Shown here: positions 1 through 9,356 of the stretch, piece by piece | Layout: every line of letters starts with the position of its first letter | Numbering within the stretch: position 1 is the stretch's first letter | Assembly (NCBI GenBank): GCA_964563085.1 | Contig: CAZLVS010000002.1 | Coordinates: 62 to 64,061, forward strand | DNA: 64,000 bases | Direction: 5' to 3' | From: an uncultured Ignavibacteria bacterium | Lineage (GTDB): Bacteria > Zixibacteria > MSB-5A5 > UM-FILTER-46-8 | Notes under the pieces: generated by a model | What the model saw: the letters and a program-made list of their open reading frames with translations, nothing else | Database searches by the model: none | What the model was told of the DNA's origin: nothing | Position numbers and translations under genes: made by a program

Positions 1-221
1 AAGGATGGGCTGATTAAAATGGTAGTTTTCACTAATTTAAAAAACGTCTTTATAGGCAGTAGAGAATTTGAACACAGGTCTATTTTAAAATTAACAAGCG
101 GCAAGGGATTTGATTTCGATGAATTAAGTTGTAAACACCAGGAATTATATAATTTGCTTGTAAGGGAATCCGAATATAATAATTTTGAACTGCAAATATC
201 CTAAACCAATCGGTTAACTCA

Positions 222-962
222 TCAAAAACTAAACTGCACCCCGTTTATAATCTCCAAATCGTAGTCTTTAACGCCTTCGGGGGGTTGGGAATCGTAGAAA
301 TAATTTACCTCGGTCGTGAGAGCAAAGGTTTCGGTAATTCCTATCGTTACTTGCGCTTCGTCGAGAACCCGAACGTTTTCGAAATCATCAAGAGCCGGTT
401 GAACATAGATTGTATTCTCGATAAAAATCCTATCGAAAGGTTGATATTTGAGGTAGACGTAATCGCTGTTGCGCGGGGTTTTAGTTACTTCTCCGGAGGA
501 TATTTTCTCTTCTTCGTGCATCAATGTTAAGGCGATCGCCCAGAGAAAGCGCTCGGTTTCCACAGGCACTATACGCATACCGGCGCCTATCAAAAAGCGA
601 TGATCCAGTTTTTGAGAGCGGTTGTATTGTGCCTGAAGAAAAAATTCGTAGATGTATACGGGCGTGGTTTCATAATTGTATCGAAGGTGTGAAAAAGCCT
701 TGTTTATGATTGTGCCGTCGTCGGAATAAACGCGCGAGAGATTATTCAGCGTGAAAAACTGGTGTTTCTGTAGTTTCCAGATAAAATTGGGACTGATATC
801 TATCTTGGTCAACTCGGAATTTCCTGCGACAACCGAGTATGATAATTTGAAGTTCCCGGCGACACCGGATTGTTCAAGCCCCATCCGCATCTTCTCGGTG
901 TTGACCTGTCCATGAGCCGCAGCAAATAGCATAATAACTAACGCAATAATTCGTATCTTCAT
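222..962 (-). CDS. DUF481-like outer-membrane beta-barrel protein
   Basis: Signal peptide, amphipathic beta-strand pattern, C-terminal aromatic residue (GVQFSF). Confidence 0.75.
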   Translation of the reverse strand: MKIRIIALVIMLFAAAHGQVNTEKMRMGLEQSGVAGNFKLSYSVVAGNSELTKIDISPNFIWKLQKHQFFTLNNLSRVYSDDGTIINKAFSHLRYNYETTPVYIYEFFLQAQYNRSQKLDHRFLIGAGMRIVPVETERFLWAIALTLMHEEEKISSGEVTKTPRNSDYVYLKYQPFDRIFIENTIYVQPALDDFENVRVLDEAQVTIGITETFALTTEVNYFYDSQPPEGVKDYDLEIINGVQFSF

Positions 963-1261
963 TGTTTACCTTCTTCTATGAATTTAAACCTCTTATGGTG
1001 CTGTTTCCATTATCTTTATATTTTACGACTTCGCACCTGGATATTTTACACCATTAATGATGATTGTTCAAATATTGATGTCATCATCGTCTAAAATATT
1101 TATGGTTAAAACGGATATTAGGAACAGTTTGGGCTCGGTAAATCTCTTGACTTTTAGATAAGGACACAATATATATGGAAATACGGTTATGTTATCAATT
1201 TCGGTAGAAACAAAGAAAATTAAACGAATTCCTAATATCTGATTTTAAGGAAACAGATTCG

Positions 1262-2632
1262 TTGTCAATCAGTAACCCAAATAATATCTGGGGAAACAGT
1301 AAAAAGGTCCAAAAAGTGAATCAAAAAGAACAAGATGAAAAATTAGAGTACGGCAGAAGACGTATCAAGAAGCGACCTGCGCTTAAGCCATCCGAAGAGA
1401 AATCCCCAAAAGAAACCGGCAGAGAGAATAACAGCCCTCAGCAGCAAACCGCACAATCCTCAACAGAAACACAGCCAAAGGATAAGCCTAAACAGAAGCA
1501 ATCAAACAGTGAAAACGCGGTTGATTACAAATCAAAGCGATCACAATCGAATGATTCCAAGCCTAACAATCAGAAGGGCACACGTTCGTACGGTTCCGGA
1601 AGGGATTCGAGAAACGCTGTTAAAAGGCGTCCGCTTGATGATAAGAGCAGGAGAAAAGGCGACAATAGAAAACCGAGCGGAAGGCAGCCGAAGAGGGCTC
1701 CGAGGGAGCGTCAGGGCAAGGTTAAAATATCGGTTGTGATTCCGGCTCATAACGAGGCGGAGAATATCCCTATCTTGCTGCAGCATCTTGATGATATGTT
1801 CTCGGGAGTTAATTACAACGGCGAGGTTGTTATCGTAAACGACGGTTCGACGGACAAAACCGCGGAAGCATTGAATGAAGGTTCATCCCGATATAAGTTT
1901 CTGAGGATTTGCACCCATCCGAGCAGACGCGGTTTGACCGAGGCGCTCGAAACCGGCTTTGCGGCGGCGAAAGGCGAGATATTCGTCTTTTATCCGGCAG
2001 ATCTGCAATATCTTCCCAACGATATTCCTTCCATGATTCAAAAAATCGATGAAGGCGCTGATATCGTATGCGGTTGGCGCCAGGGAAGCTACGGAGCCAA
2101 AAAGGTGGTCTCGTTCTTCTACAACAACCTTTCGCGGGCGCTATTCAATGTAAAAGTGCATGATCTTAATTCGGTGAAGGCATTCAGGCGAGAGGTGCTG
2201 CAGTCAATTACTTTCAGACGGGATTGGCATCGTTACATGGTGGCTATTGCCGCTGACCATGGGTTCAAAGTCGATGAGGTTAAAGTCAAGCTTTACCCAC
2301 GCAGGCATGGAAGGTCAAAATTCGGTTTCGGCAGGATTTTCGTCGGTTTCTTCGATCTGCTCTCGGTTAAATTTCAGCTAACCGTTATGAAAAAGCCGAT
2401 GCTCCTTTTCGGTATGGGAGGGTTCTTATCCAGTATAATCGGCGTGCTTTTGGGGATAGTAGCGCTTTATATGCGGTTTGTGGAACATAACGCATTTCGC
2501 CCCATTCTTTATCTGGTTATGCTCTTGATAATCAATGGATTATTGCTCTTCGCCATGGGATTTTTAGCCGAAGCGCTGGTGAATATCAAAGATGAGATTC
2601 GCTCGCTGCATATCCGCAAGAATGTAAAATAA
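1262..2632 (+). CDS. GT2 polyprenol-phosphate glycosyltransferase (ArnC/DPM1-like) with long basic low-complexity N-terminus
   Basis: SVVIPAHNE, VNDGSTD, ADLQ, RRHGRSKF motifs and two C-terminal TM helices; TTG start uncertain. Confidence 0.85.
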   Translation: MSISNPNNIWGNSKKVQKVNQKEQDEKLEYGRRRIKKRPALKPSEEKSPKETGRENNSPQQQTAQSSTETQPKDKPKQKQSNSENAVDYKSKRSQSNDSKPNNQKGTRSYGSGRDSRNAVKRRPLDDKSRRKGDNRKPSGRQPKRAPRERQGKVKISVVIPAHNEAENIPILLQHLDDMFSGVNYNGEVVIVNDGSTDKTAEALNEGSSRYKFLRICTHPSRRGLTEALETGFAAAKGEIFVFYPADLQYLPNDIPSMIQKIDEGADIVCGWRQGSYGAKKVVSFFYNNLSRALFNVKVHDLNSVKAFRREVLQSITFRRDWHRYMVAIAADHGFKVDEVKVKLYPRRHGRSKFGFGRIFVGFFDLLSVKFQLTVMKKPMLLFGMGGFLSSIIGVLLGIVALYMRFVEHNAFRPILYLVMLLIINGLLLFAMGFLAEALVNIKDEIRSLHIRKNVK

Positions 2633-2647
2633 TCATGGAGTCGATCC

Positions 2648-3823
2648 TTGCCCGGAAAACGGATTCTCGTCTTAACTCATAATTTCATAAGATATCCCGA
2701 GGATCCCGCCGGGCAATTTCTTCACGCCCTTTATCAATATATAGAGGATAATTATGGTATATATATCCTCTGCCCCCATCAGAAAGGATTGAAATCCAAG
2801 GAGAAGATGGGAAATCTGAATATCGTCCGTTTTAAATATTGGCTTCCCGCCTCAGGGGAGAATCTCGCTTATTCCGGCGATATGCAGGAAAAAGTGCAGG
2901 AATCGATCTTCGGTAAAATAAAGTTCGTTCTTCTTATCCTGATGGGGGCTTGGGCGGCGATTCGGCTGGTGTTTCGACAGAAGATCGATATTATCCATGC
3001 TCATTGGTGGATACCGATGGGAATATCCGCCTGGTTGACGTCTAAATTAACAGGTAAAAGGCTGATAATAACATCTCACGGCACCGATATTGTGCTTTTG
3101 GAAAAGGGGGGATATTTGGTGAAAATCGCACAAAAGATATATGATCATGCAAGCCGCATAACCGCTGTTTCCGGTTATTTAAAGCAAAGACTGACTGAGA
3201 TGACGGGAATTATGGAATCAAAGGTTTCGGTTTTCCCTATGCCTTTTAACGTGGGTAAATTTAAAGCCGAGAATGAGTACAGTCGTGAAAAGGGGTTTAT
3301 TCTTTCGGTGGGGAGATTGAATTACAGAAAGGGCTGTGATTATCTGATAAAGGCGTGCAAAATACTGCAGGATGATGGTTACCGATTCAGGCTGGATATA
3401 ATCGGCGAAGGACCCCGCAGGAAGCATCTTCAGGAATTGATTGAATCATTGGGACTTAATAACAATGTTAGATTAATCGGTTCGATGCCGCATAATAAGG
3501 TTATCGAATATTATCATCGGGCTGAGTTGTTTGTTTTGCCGGCGATTAAGGAGGGTTTCGGGCTGGTTTTCGTGGAAGCGATAGTTAGCGGCTTGCCGGT
3601 AATCGGCGCGCATAGCGGAGGAATACCGGATATAATAAAGGATAATAAAACCGGTATACTGGTTCCCCCTGAGGATGAAGAGCAGTTAGCGCAGGCAATC
3701 AAGCGATTACTGGATAATCCCCAATGGGCGCAGGAAATCCAAAAAGCGGGGATGGAATATGTTTGGTCGAATTTTTCCCCCGAAGCGATTGCTGCAAAAC
3801 TTGATAAACTTTACGCTAATTAA
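2648..3823 (+). CDS. GT4 family glycosyltransferase
   Basis: HAHW, SVGRL...KG, EGFGLVFVEA and GGIPDII motifs. Confidence 0.9.
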   Translation: MPGKRILVLTHNFIRYPEDPAGQFLHALYQYIEDNYGIYILCPHQKGLKSKEKMGNLNIVRFKYWLPASGENLAYSGDMQEKVQESIFGKIKFVLLILMGAWAAIRLVFRQKIDIIHAHWWIPMGISAWLTSKLTGKRLIITSHGTDIVLLEKGGYLVKIAQKIYDHASRITAVSGYLKQRLTEMTGIMESKVSVFPMPFNVGKFKAENEYSREKGFILSVGRLNYRKGCDYLIKACKILQDDGYRFRLDIIGEGPRRKHLQELIESLGLNNNVRLIGSMPHNKVIEYYHRAELFVLPAIKEGFGLVFVEAIVSGLPVIGAHSGGIPDIIKDNKTGILVPPEDEEQLAQAIKRLLDNPQWAQEIQKAGMEYVWSNFSPEAIAAKLDKLYAN

Positions 3824-3857
3824 TACTACAAGCGAATGGAAAAAACGATGATACTTT

Positions 3858-4022
3858 TAGCCCGGATAACTCATAAAACCGATTAATTCGCAGCCGAAGG
3901 TTTGTCCTTCGGGAGTTCAATAGAAGTAGATCATTTACAGATAGGAATTGAGTATCTCCAAGAAACGCCGGAAGCGCAAGACTTCCGCTACCGATAACGA
4001 TACTTGTGAATAATATAGATTA
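3858..4022 (-). mobile_element. 165-bp MITE-like repeat, copy 1 (reverse orientation)
   Basis: Imperfect ~20-bp TIRs ending in TA; two internal GTAG/GCAG hairpins; aligns with six other copies. Confidence 0.85.
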
Positions 4023-4035
4023 GTAAGGAGAGATA

Positions 4036-4539
4036 ATGTTTTCAACTATTGAGGATTTTAAAGCTGCTTGGGCTGAGGAAAAAGAGGGGACATTGAGATT
4101 ATTATCAGCGCTGACTGATGAGTCTCTAAATCAGGCTATTGCGGAGGGGCATAGGAACCTGGGGAGAGTTGCCTGGCATATCGCGGTGACTATTCCTGAA
4201 ATGTCCAAACGCATCGGACTGGATGTAAAGGGACCGGATGAGAAGGCTCCGGTTCCCGAGACGGCGGCAGAGATAAAAGCCGCATATAAGGAGGCTTCCG
4301 ATTCGCTCATGGAACAAGTGTTAAGCAATTGGAGTAATGATACATTGCAGGTCGAGGATGATATGTATGGCGAGACCTGGAAGCGTGGAAAAAGCCTGGC
4401 GGTGATTGTCAGCCATGAAGTGCATCATCGGGGGCAAATGACAGTACTGATGAGACAGTCCGGTTTGATAGTCCCGGGAGTTTATGGTCCCGCATTGGAA
4501 GAATGGGAGCAGTATGGAGCTCCACCGCCGCAATTATAA
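4036..4539 (+). CDS. DinB/YfiT family protein
   Basis: WHI and HEVHHRGQ metal-binding motifs; AAGGAG RBS. Confidence 0.9.
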   Translation: MFSTIEDFKAAWAEEKEGTLRLLSALTDESLNQAIAEGHRNLGRVAWHIAVTIPEMSKRIGLDVKGPDEKAPVPETAAEIKAAYKEASDSLMEQVLSNWSNDTLQVEDDMYGETWKRGKSLAVIVSHEVHHRGQMTVLMRQSGLIVPGVYGPALEEWEQYGAPPPQL

Positions 4540-4578
4540 TCGGCTAATTGATTGTATAGTAGCCAGAAAGGATCAATA

Positions 4579-5043
4579 ATGTTACTTTATCTTGTCAGAC
4601 ATGCTCAATCGGTTCAGAAGGATGTGAATCCTAAACGCCCGTTATCGGAGGAGGGTAAAAAGACAGCAAAAGCAGTGGCGTCCTACATTTCTGAGAAAAA
4701 ACTGATAAATGTTAGCAGAATTCTTCATAGCGGCAAGGAGCGCGCCAAGCAAACGGCTGAGATATTTGCCGAGGAAATGAACTGCGGCGACAAAGTAGCC
4801 GAAGAAGACAGTCTGGAACCGAACGCCGATCCCGGGATATGGGTAAGCAGACTTATTGATATCAGTGATAATCTGATGATAACCGGGCATCTTCCGCATC
4901 TGAACAAATTCGCAACAATGCTTCTCAGCGGCAATCCGCAAAACGATATTTTTAGTTTTGGCAATGCATCCCTGGTCTGTCTTAAACGGAATGAATCGAG
5001 GGAATGGCATGTGAACTGGATGATTACTTCGGATATTGTCTGA
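4579..5043 (+). CDS. sixA: phosphohistidine phosphatase SixA
   Basis: LYLVRHA, RPLS..G, RAKQTA and GHLP motifs; start moved to the ATG after AAAGGA. Confidence 0.9.
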   Translation: MLLYLVRHAQSVQKDVNPKRPLSEEGKKTAKAVASYISEKKLINVSRILHSGKERAKQTAEIFAEEMNCGDKVAEEDSLEPNADPGIWVSRLIDISDNLMITGHLPHLNKFATMLLSGNPQNDIFSFGNASLVCLKRNESREWHVNWMITSDIV

Positions 5044-5257
5044 ATATTCTTCATAAGCTGAGTATTCCGGCTATCAACCAATCTCTACTCGGCTGCCGGC
5101 GGTTTGACGGCAGGTCGAAATCCGAAACGAAGCTCCTCGATGAAATCGCGATGGTTTCGACGATTCATCCAAGTTAAAGGTATCTTGATGTTTACCCTCG
5201 AATCCATATATTGTATTCCGAATACTCGGCTTGGCGAGTACTAAGATGGAGAATTGA

Positions 5258-7942
5258 ATGCAGGAGAACGACAATCATATCGACCTCAGTACACCTTGGG
5301 CTCATTCGGCTGACAGCATCATAGAATATCTTGATGTTGATTTCAAAAACGGTCTTTCAACATCGGAGATTCTAAGGAGAAGAAAGCGTTTTGGGCGAAA
5401 CCTCCTCAGGGAAATCAAGAAGAAAAGCGCCTGGTTGATATTATTTGAGCAGTTTAAAAGCCTGATAATCTGGTTGTTGGTTGCGGCGGGCGCTGTTTCG
5501 TTCGCATTTGGTGAGTTTGTCGAGGGGTTGGCGATTGCAATTGTCATTATCATAAACGCGGCTATCGGTTTCTTCACTGAACTCAAAGCGGTACGCTCGA
5601 TGGATGCGCTTAGAAAAATGGGGCGAGTTACCGCGGTGGTTCGAAGGGATGGCGAGCATGTTGTTATCCCTGCTGATGAAATTGTGGTCGGAGATATTGT
5701 AATCTTCGAGGGCGGCGATGTTGTTTCTGCGGACATCCGGTTGATTGAAGCATCCAAACTTCAAGCGAACGAATCGGCCCTTACCGGCGAGTCTCTCCCT
5801 GTCAGTAAAGATACCAAGCCGGTTGATTCCACAGCGATACTCTCAGAAAGAAGCAATATGATCTACAAGGGAACCTCGATTACCCGTGGGTCCGGCGCCG
5901 GAATTGTTGTAGCTGCCGGCATGTCCACCGAATTGGGTAAAATATCCGAACTGGTGGAACAAGCGGAGGATGAATCGACGCCGTTGGAGAAACGGTTGGA
6001 TACACTCGGTCATAAGCTGATCTGGGTAACGCTCGGTATAACCACCGTAGTTGCGATACTTGGAATCGTCAGGGGCAAGGAAGTATTCCTGATGATAGAA
6101 AGCGGTATCGCCCTTGCCGTCGCCGCTATCCCGGAAGGACTGCCCATAGTCGCTACCATTGCCCTTGCCAGAGGAATGATCAGGATGGCGCGCAAAAACG
6201 CTCTTATCAACCGTCTCGCATCCGTTGAAACCTTAGGTGCGACCGATATCATCTGTTCGGATAAAACCGGTACTCTCACCGAGAATAAAATGACCGCAAC
6301 CAAACTCGTCATCGATGAAGGCGAGTTGACCATCCGCAGGGAAAACGGTGAAACCGTGTTTCAGCACAACGGCGACAGAATAGACCACAAAAACAATAAG
6401 CTGATTATGCATGCCCTCACGGTCGGTGTATTATGCAATAATGCTACTTTAACCGGTAATGATGGGGCGGGGATAGGCGATCCGATGGAAGTAGCCCTGC
6501 TCGAAATCGGTTCTCATGCGGGAATCGATCGGGACGAGTTGCTGAAATCGATGCCGGAAGCGCGTGAGGAGGCATTCGACCCGGAAATTAAGATGATGGC
6601 AACTATACATGAGAGCCGGGAGGAGTACTCCGTTGCTGTGAAGGGGGCGCCCGAAGCGGTTCTTAACTGCTGTTCAACCATCCTTACCCCTGATGGCAAG
6701 AAGGAGTTTGCATCGTCCGATGTTGAAGTGTGGAACCGGGTTAATGAAGAAATGGCTCGGAACGGCACCCGAATGCTTGCCCTGGCGGAAAAGAAGTCTT
6801 CGGATTCCAATGCGCAGCCCTACGAGGACCTCACCTTCTTGGGTTTGATAGGTTTAAAGGATCCTCCTCGTATAGATGTACAGGAGTCTATTCGGCTTTG
6901 CGCCAGGGCGGGAATCAATGTTGTCATGGTAACCGGGGATCAACCGGCGACCGCCCTCAATATCGCCAAAAGTATCCGGCTGGTTGACATGGACTACGAC
7001 AGAGTAGTCGTCAGCAACCAGCTGAAGAGCATAGAGCACATGACTGGAGAAGATCGTCTGGACATCCTGAATACAAAGATATTCTCCAGAGTCAGCCCCA
7101 AGCAGAAGCTGGATTTGATAGAGGTTCATCAAACCAGCGGTTCCATAGTCGCCATGACCGGCGATGGCGTCAATGACGCCCCGGCATTGAAAAAAGCCGA
7201 TATAGGTATTGCTATGGGGAGACGAGGCACCCAGGTAGCCCGAGAAGCCGCTGATATGATATTAAAGGATGATGCGTTCTCTTCGATTGTTGAGGCGGTC
7301 AAACAGGGGCGGATTATCTTTGATAATATCAGGAAGTTTGTCCTGTACCTCCTTTCCTGCAATGTTAGCGAGATAATGATAGTCGGCGTCGCATCGATTG
7401 CGAATACCCCGCTGCCTATCCTGCCGCTTCAGATACTATTTTTGAATCTGGTAACCGATGTATTCCCCGCGTTGGCTTTAGGCGTTGGCGGCGGCGATCC
7501 GCAGATAATGTCACGACCTCCAAGGAAATCAAATGAACCGATAATAACCAAAGGGCATTGGCTGCAGATCGGTTTGTACGGCGCGCTGCTGACGGCTTCG
7601 GTATTATCGGCTTTCTTGATCGCCTTATACTGGCTTAACATGGATACAGCGCATTCTGTAACTATCTCGTTCTTGACGCTTGCCTTCGGACAGCTTGTCC
7701 ATGTCTTTAATATGAGAGATCAGCAGTCCGGCATATTCAAAAATGAAATTACTCGGAATGGGTGGATATGGGCGGCGATTGTGCTTTGCCTTTTCTTGAT
7801 TTTCGCCGTTTTGTTAATTACACCTGCAGCCAATGTGCTTAAACTGACTTTTCCGAATGCTGATGGCTGGACACTGATTGTTATATTCAGTTTGATACCG
7901 CTTATCATAGGTCAAACTTTTAAGCTGTTGGTATCGAAATAA
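5258..7942 (+). CDS. cation-transporting P-type ATPase (type IIA, probably Ca2+)
   Basis: TGES, PEGL, DKTGTLT, KGAPE, GDGVND, SCNVSE and NLVTD motifs. Confidence 0.92.
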   Translation: MQENDNHIDLSTPWAHSADSIIEYLDVDFKNGLSTSEILRRRKRFGRNLLREIKKKSAWLILFEQFKSLIIWLLVAAGAVSFAFGEFVEGLAIAIVIIINAAIGFFTELKAVRSMDALRKMGRVTAVVRRDGEHVVIPADEIVVGDIVIFEGGDVVSADIRLIEASKLQANESALTGESLPVSKDTKPVDSTAILSERSNMIYKGTSITRGSGAGIVVAAGMSTELGKISELVEQAEDESTPLEKRLDTLGHKLIWVTLGITTVVAILGIVRGKEVFLMIESGIALAVAAIPEGLPIVATIALARGMIRMARKNALINRLASVETLGATDIICSDKTGTLTENKMTATKLVIDEGELTIRRENGETVFQHNGDRIDHKNNKLIMHALTVGVLCNNATLTGNDGAGIGDPMEVALLEIGSHAGIDRDELLKSMPEAREEAFDPEIKMMATIHESREEYSVAVKGAPEAVLNCCSTILTPDGKKEFASSDVEVWNRVNEEMARNGTRMLALAEKKSSDSNAQPYEDLTFLGLIGLKDPPRIDVQESIRLCARAGINVVMVTGDQPATALNIAKSIRLVDMDYDRVVVSNQLKSIEHMTGEDRLDILNTKIFSRVSPKQKLDLIEVHQTSGSIVAMTGDGVNDAPALKKADIGIAMGRRGTQVAREAADMILKDDAFSSIVEAVKQGRIIFDNIRKFVLYLLSCNVSEIMIVGVASIANTPLPILPLQILFLNLVTDVFPALALGVGGGDPQIMSRPPRKSNEPIITKGHWLQIGLYGALLTASVLSAFLIALYWLNMDTAHSVTISFLTLAFGQLVHVFNMRDQQSGIFKNEITRNGWIWAAIVLCLFLIFAVLLITPAANVLKLTFPNADGWTLIVIFSLIPLIIGQTFKLLVSK

Positions 7943-7966
7943 TGTCTAACTCTTGAGGTTAAAGGA

Positions 7967-9028
7967 ATGGGCAGCGACCAAAGGGGAGATTCCAAACAAT
8001 TAATGAAGAAGGTTCTGATAGCCTCCAGCGCGGTTATTTTGCTGCTGCTGATTCTGGTAATTATTCAGCAGGTTGTACAAATGCTGCTGGTTGCATTGGC
8101 GGGATTGCTGCTCGCCGTATTTCTCAATGGTCTTGCCAGACCGATAAAGTATAAGACTAAACTGCCGCAAGCTCTTTCTGTAACGATTGTGGTGTTTGGA
8201 CTTCTCTTATTATTCACGGTTGGCATCTGGATTATGGGACCGCATATCTCCGAACAGTTCTCCAGCCTTACCGAACGTGTGCCCGCCGCCCTGAAGAACA
8301 TCGAAAGCGAATTGCAGGAGAGTAAGTGGGGAAAAGACCTGTTATCAAGGATTCCCGAAGTAAAGGAAAGAATTCCCTTTGGAAGCGAATTCATCTGGGG
8401 TATAACCGGCGTTTTTTCCACTGCTTTAGGCACAATAACCAGTTTACTTATCATCCTGTTTATCGGATTGTATTGCGCCTTAGCTCCGGACCTTTATATT
8501 GACAACTTCATTAAATTGATTCCCAAAGAGAAACGTAAACGTGCATGGGAGATTATCACAGCCCTGGGCAATGCCCTCAGGAGATGGCTGCTGGCTCGAG
8601 TAGCGTCAATGGTTGTTGTCGGGATACTTACTGCCGCAGGTTTATCGATTATCGGTGTCCAGCTTGCTCTAACCTTGGGGATAATTGCGGCTTTGCTCTC
8701 ATTCGTTCCCTTTATCGGTCCTCCTTTGGGAGCTATCCCCGCTGTGCTGGTAGCAATGGCTGAAAGCCCGTTACTGGTAGTCTATGTCCTGATCAACTAT
8801 CTTATAGTGGAAACATTAGAAAGCTATGTTATAACACCGATGATTTTCAGCACCACTCTAAAGCTTCCCCCCGCATTTCTTATCACGATTCAGGTTGTGA
8901 TGGGAGTTTTATTCGGCGCGATGGGGGTTGCCATGGCTTCCCCGCTGACGGTGGCGATTGTTGTTCTTGTACAGATGATCTATATTCAGGATATCCTCAA
9001 GGATGATGTCCGCGTTATGGGGCAATGA
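7967..9028 (+). CDS. AI-2E family transporter
   Basis: Multi-TM protein with FVPFIGP, ESYVITP and LFGAMG...P motifs. Confidence 0.88.
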   Translation: MGSDQRGDSKQLMKKVLIASSAVILLLLILVIIQQVVQMLLVALAGLLLAVFLNGLARPIKYKTKLPQALSVTIVVFGLLLLFTVGIWIMGPHISEQFSSLTERVPAALKNIESELQESKWGKDLLSRIPEVKERIPFGSEFIWGITGVFSTALGTITSLLIILFIGLYCALAPDLYIDNFIKLIPKEKRKRAWEIITALGNALRRWLLARVASMVVVGILTAAGLSIIGVQLALTLGIIAALLSFVPFIGPPLGAIPAVLVAMAESPLLVVYVLINYLIVETLESYVITPMIFSTTLKLPPAFLITIQVVMGVLFGAMGVAMASPLTVAIVVLVQMIYIQDILKDDVRVMGQ

Positions 9029-9099
9029 CGGAGATATTGGTAATTGCAAGTCCGAGGCTTGCCGAGGGCGCGTCAATCTCCTTTTCTCATGCGATGCTC

Positions 9100-9194
9100 T
9101 AACCCGAAATTTTCATAAATACCGTTATCGGTAGCGGAAGCGGAAGCGCAAAGCTTCTTCTACCGGCGCCGAAATTTATGAATAATCGGGGCTA
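9100..9194 (+). mobile_element. short (95-bp) internally deleted derivative of the MITE-like repeat
   Basis: Both TIRs kept (TAACCCGAAATTTTCATAAA / TTTATGAATAATCGGGGCTA); interior GTAGCGGAAGC...CTAC collapsed. Confidence 0.7.
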
Positions 9195-9356
9195 TATGTA
9201 GATGGGCGTAATATCCAAGTCAATAATTAACTGCCAATATCAGAACTCAGGCTTGCAACTTTCGGATTGTCATCCGATAATTTCTATTGACTGATTGGTG
9301 AAAAATCGTAGATTGTTATTCAATTCACAAGAGAAGAAGTTTGCCAGCGAGGAAAT

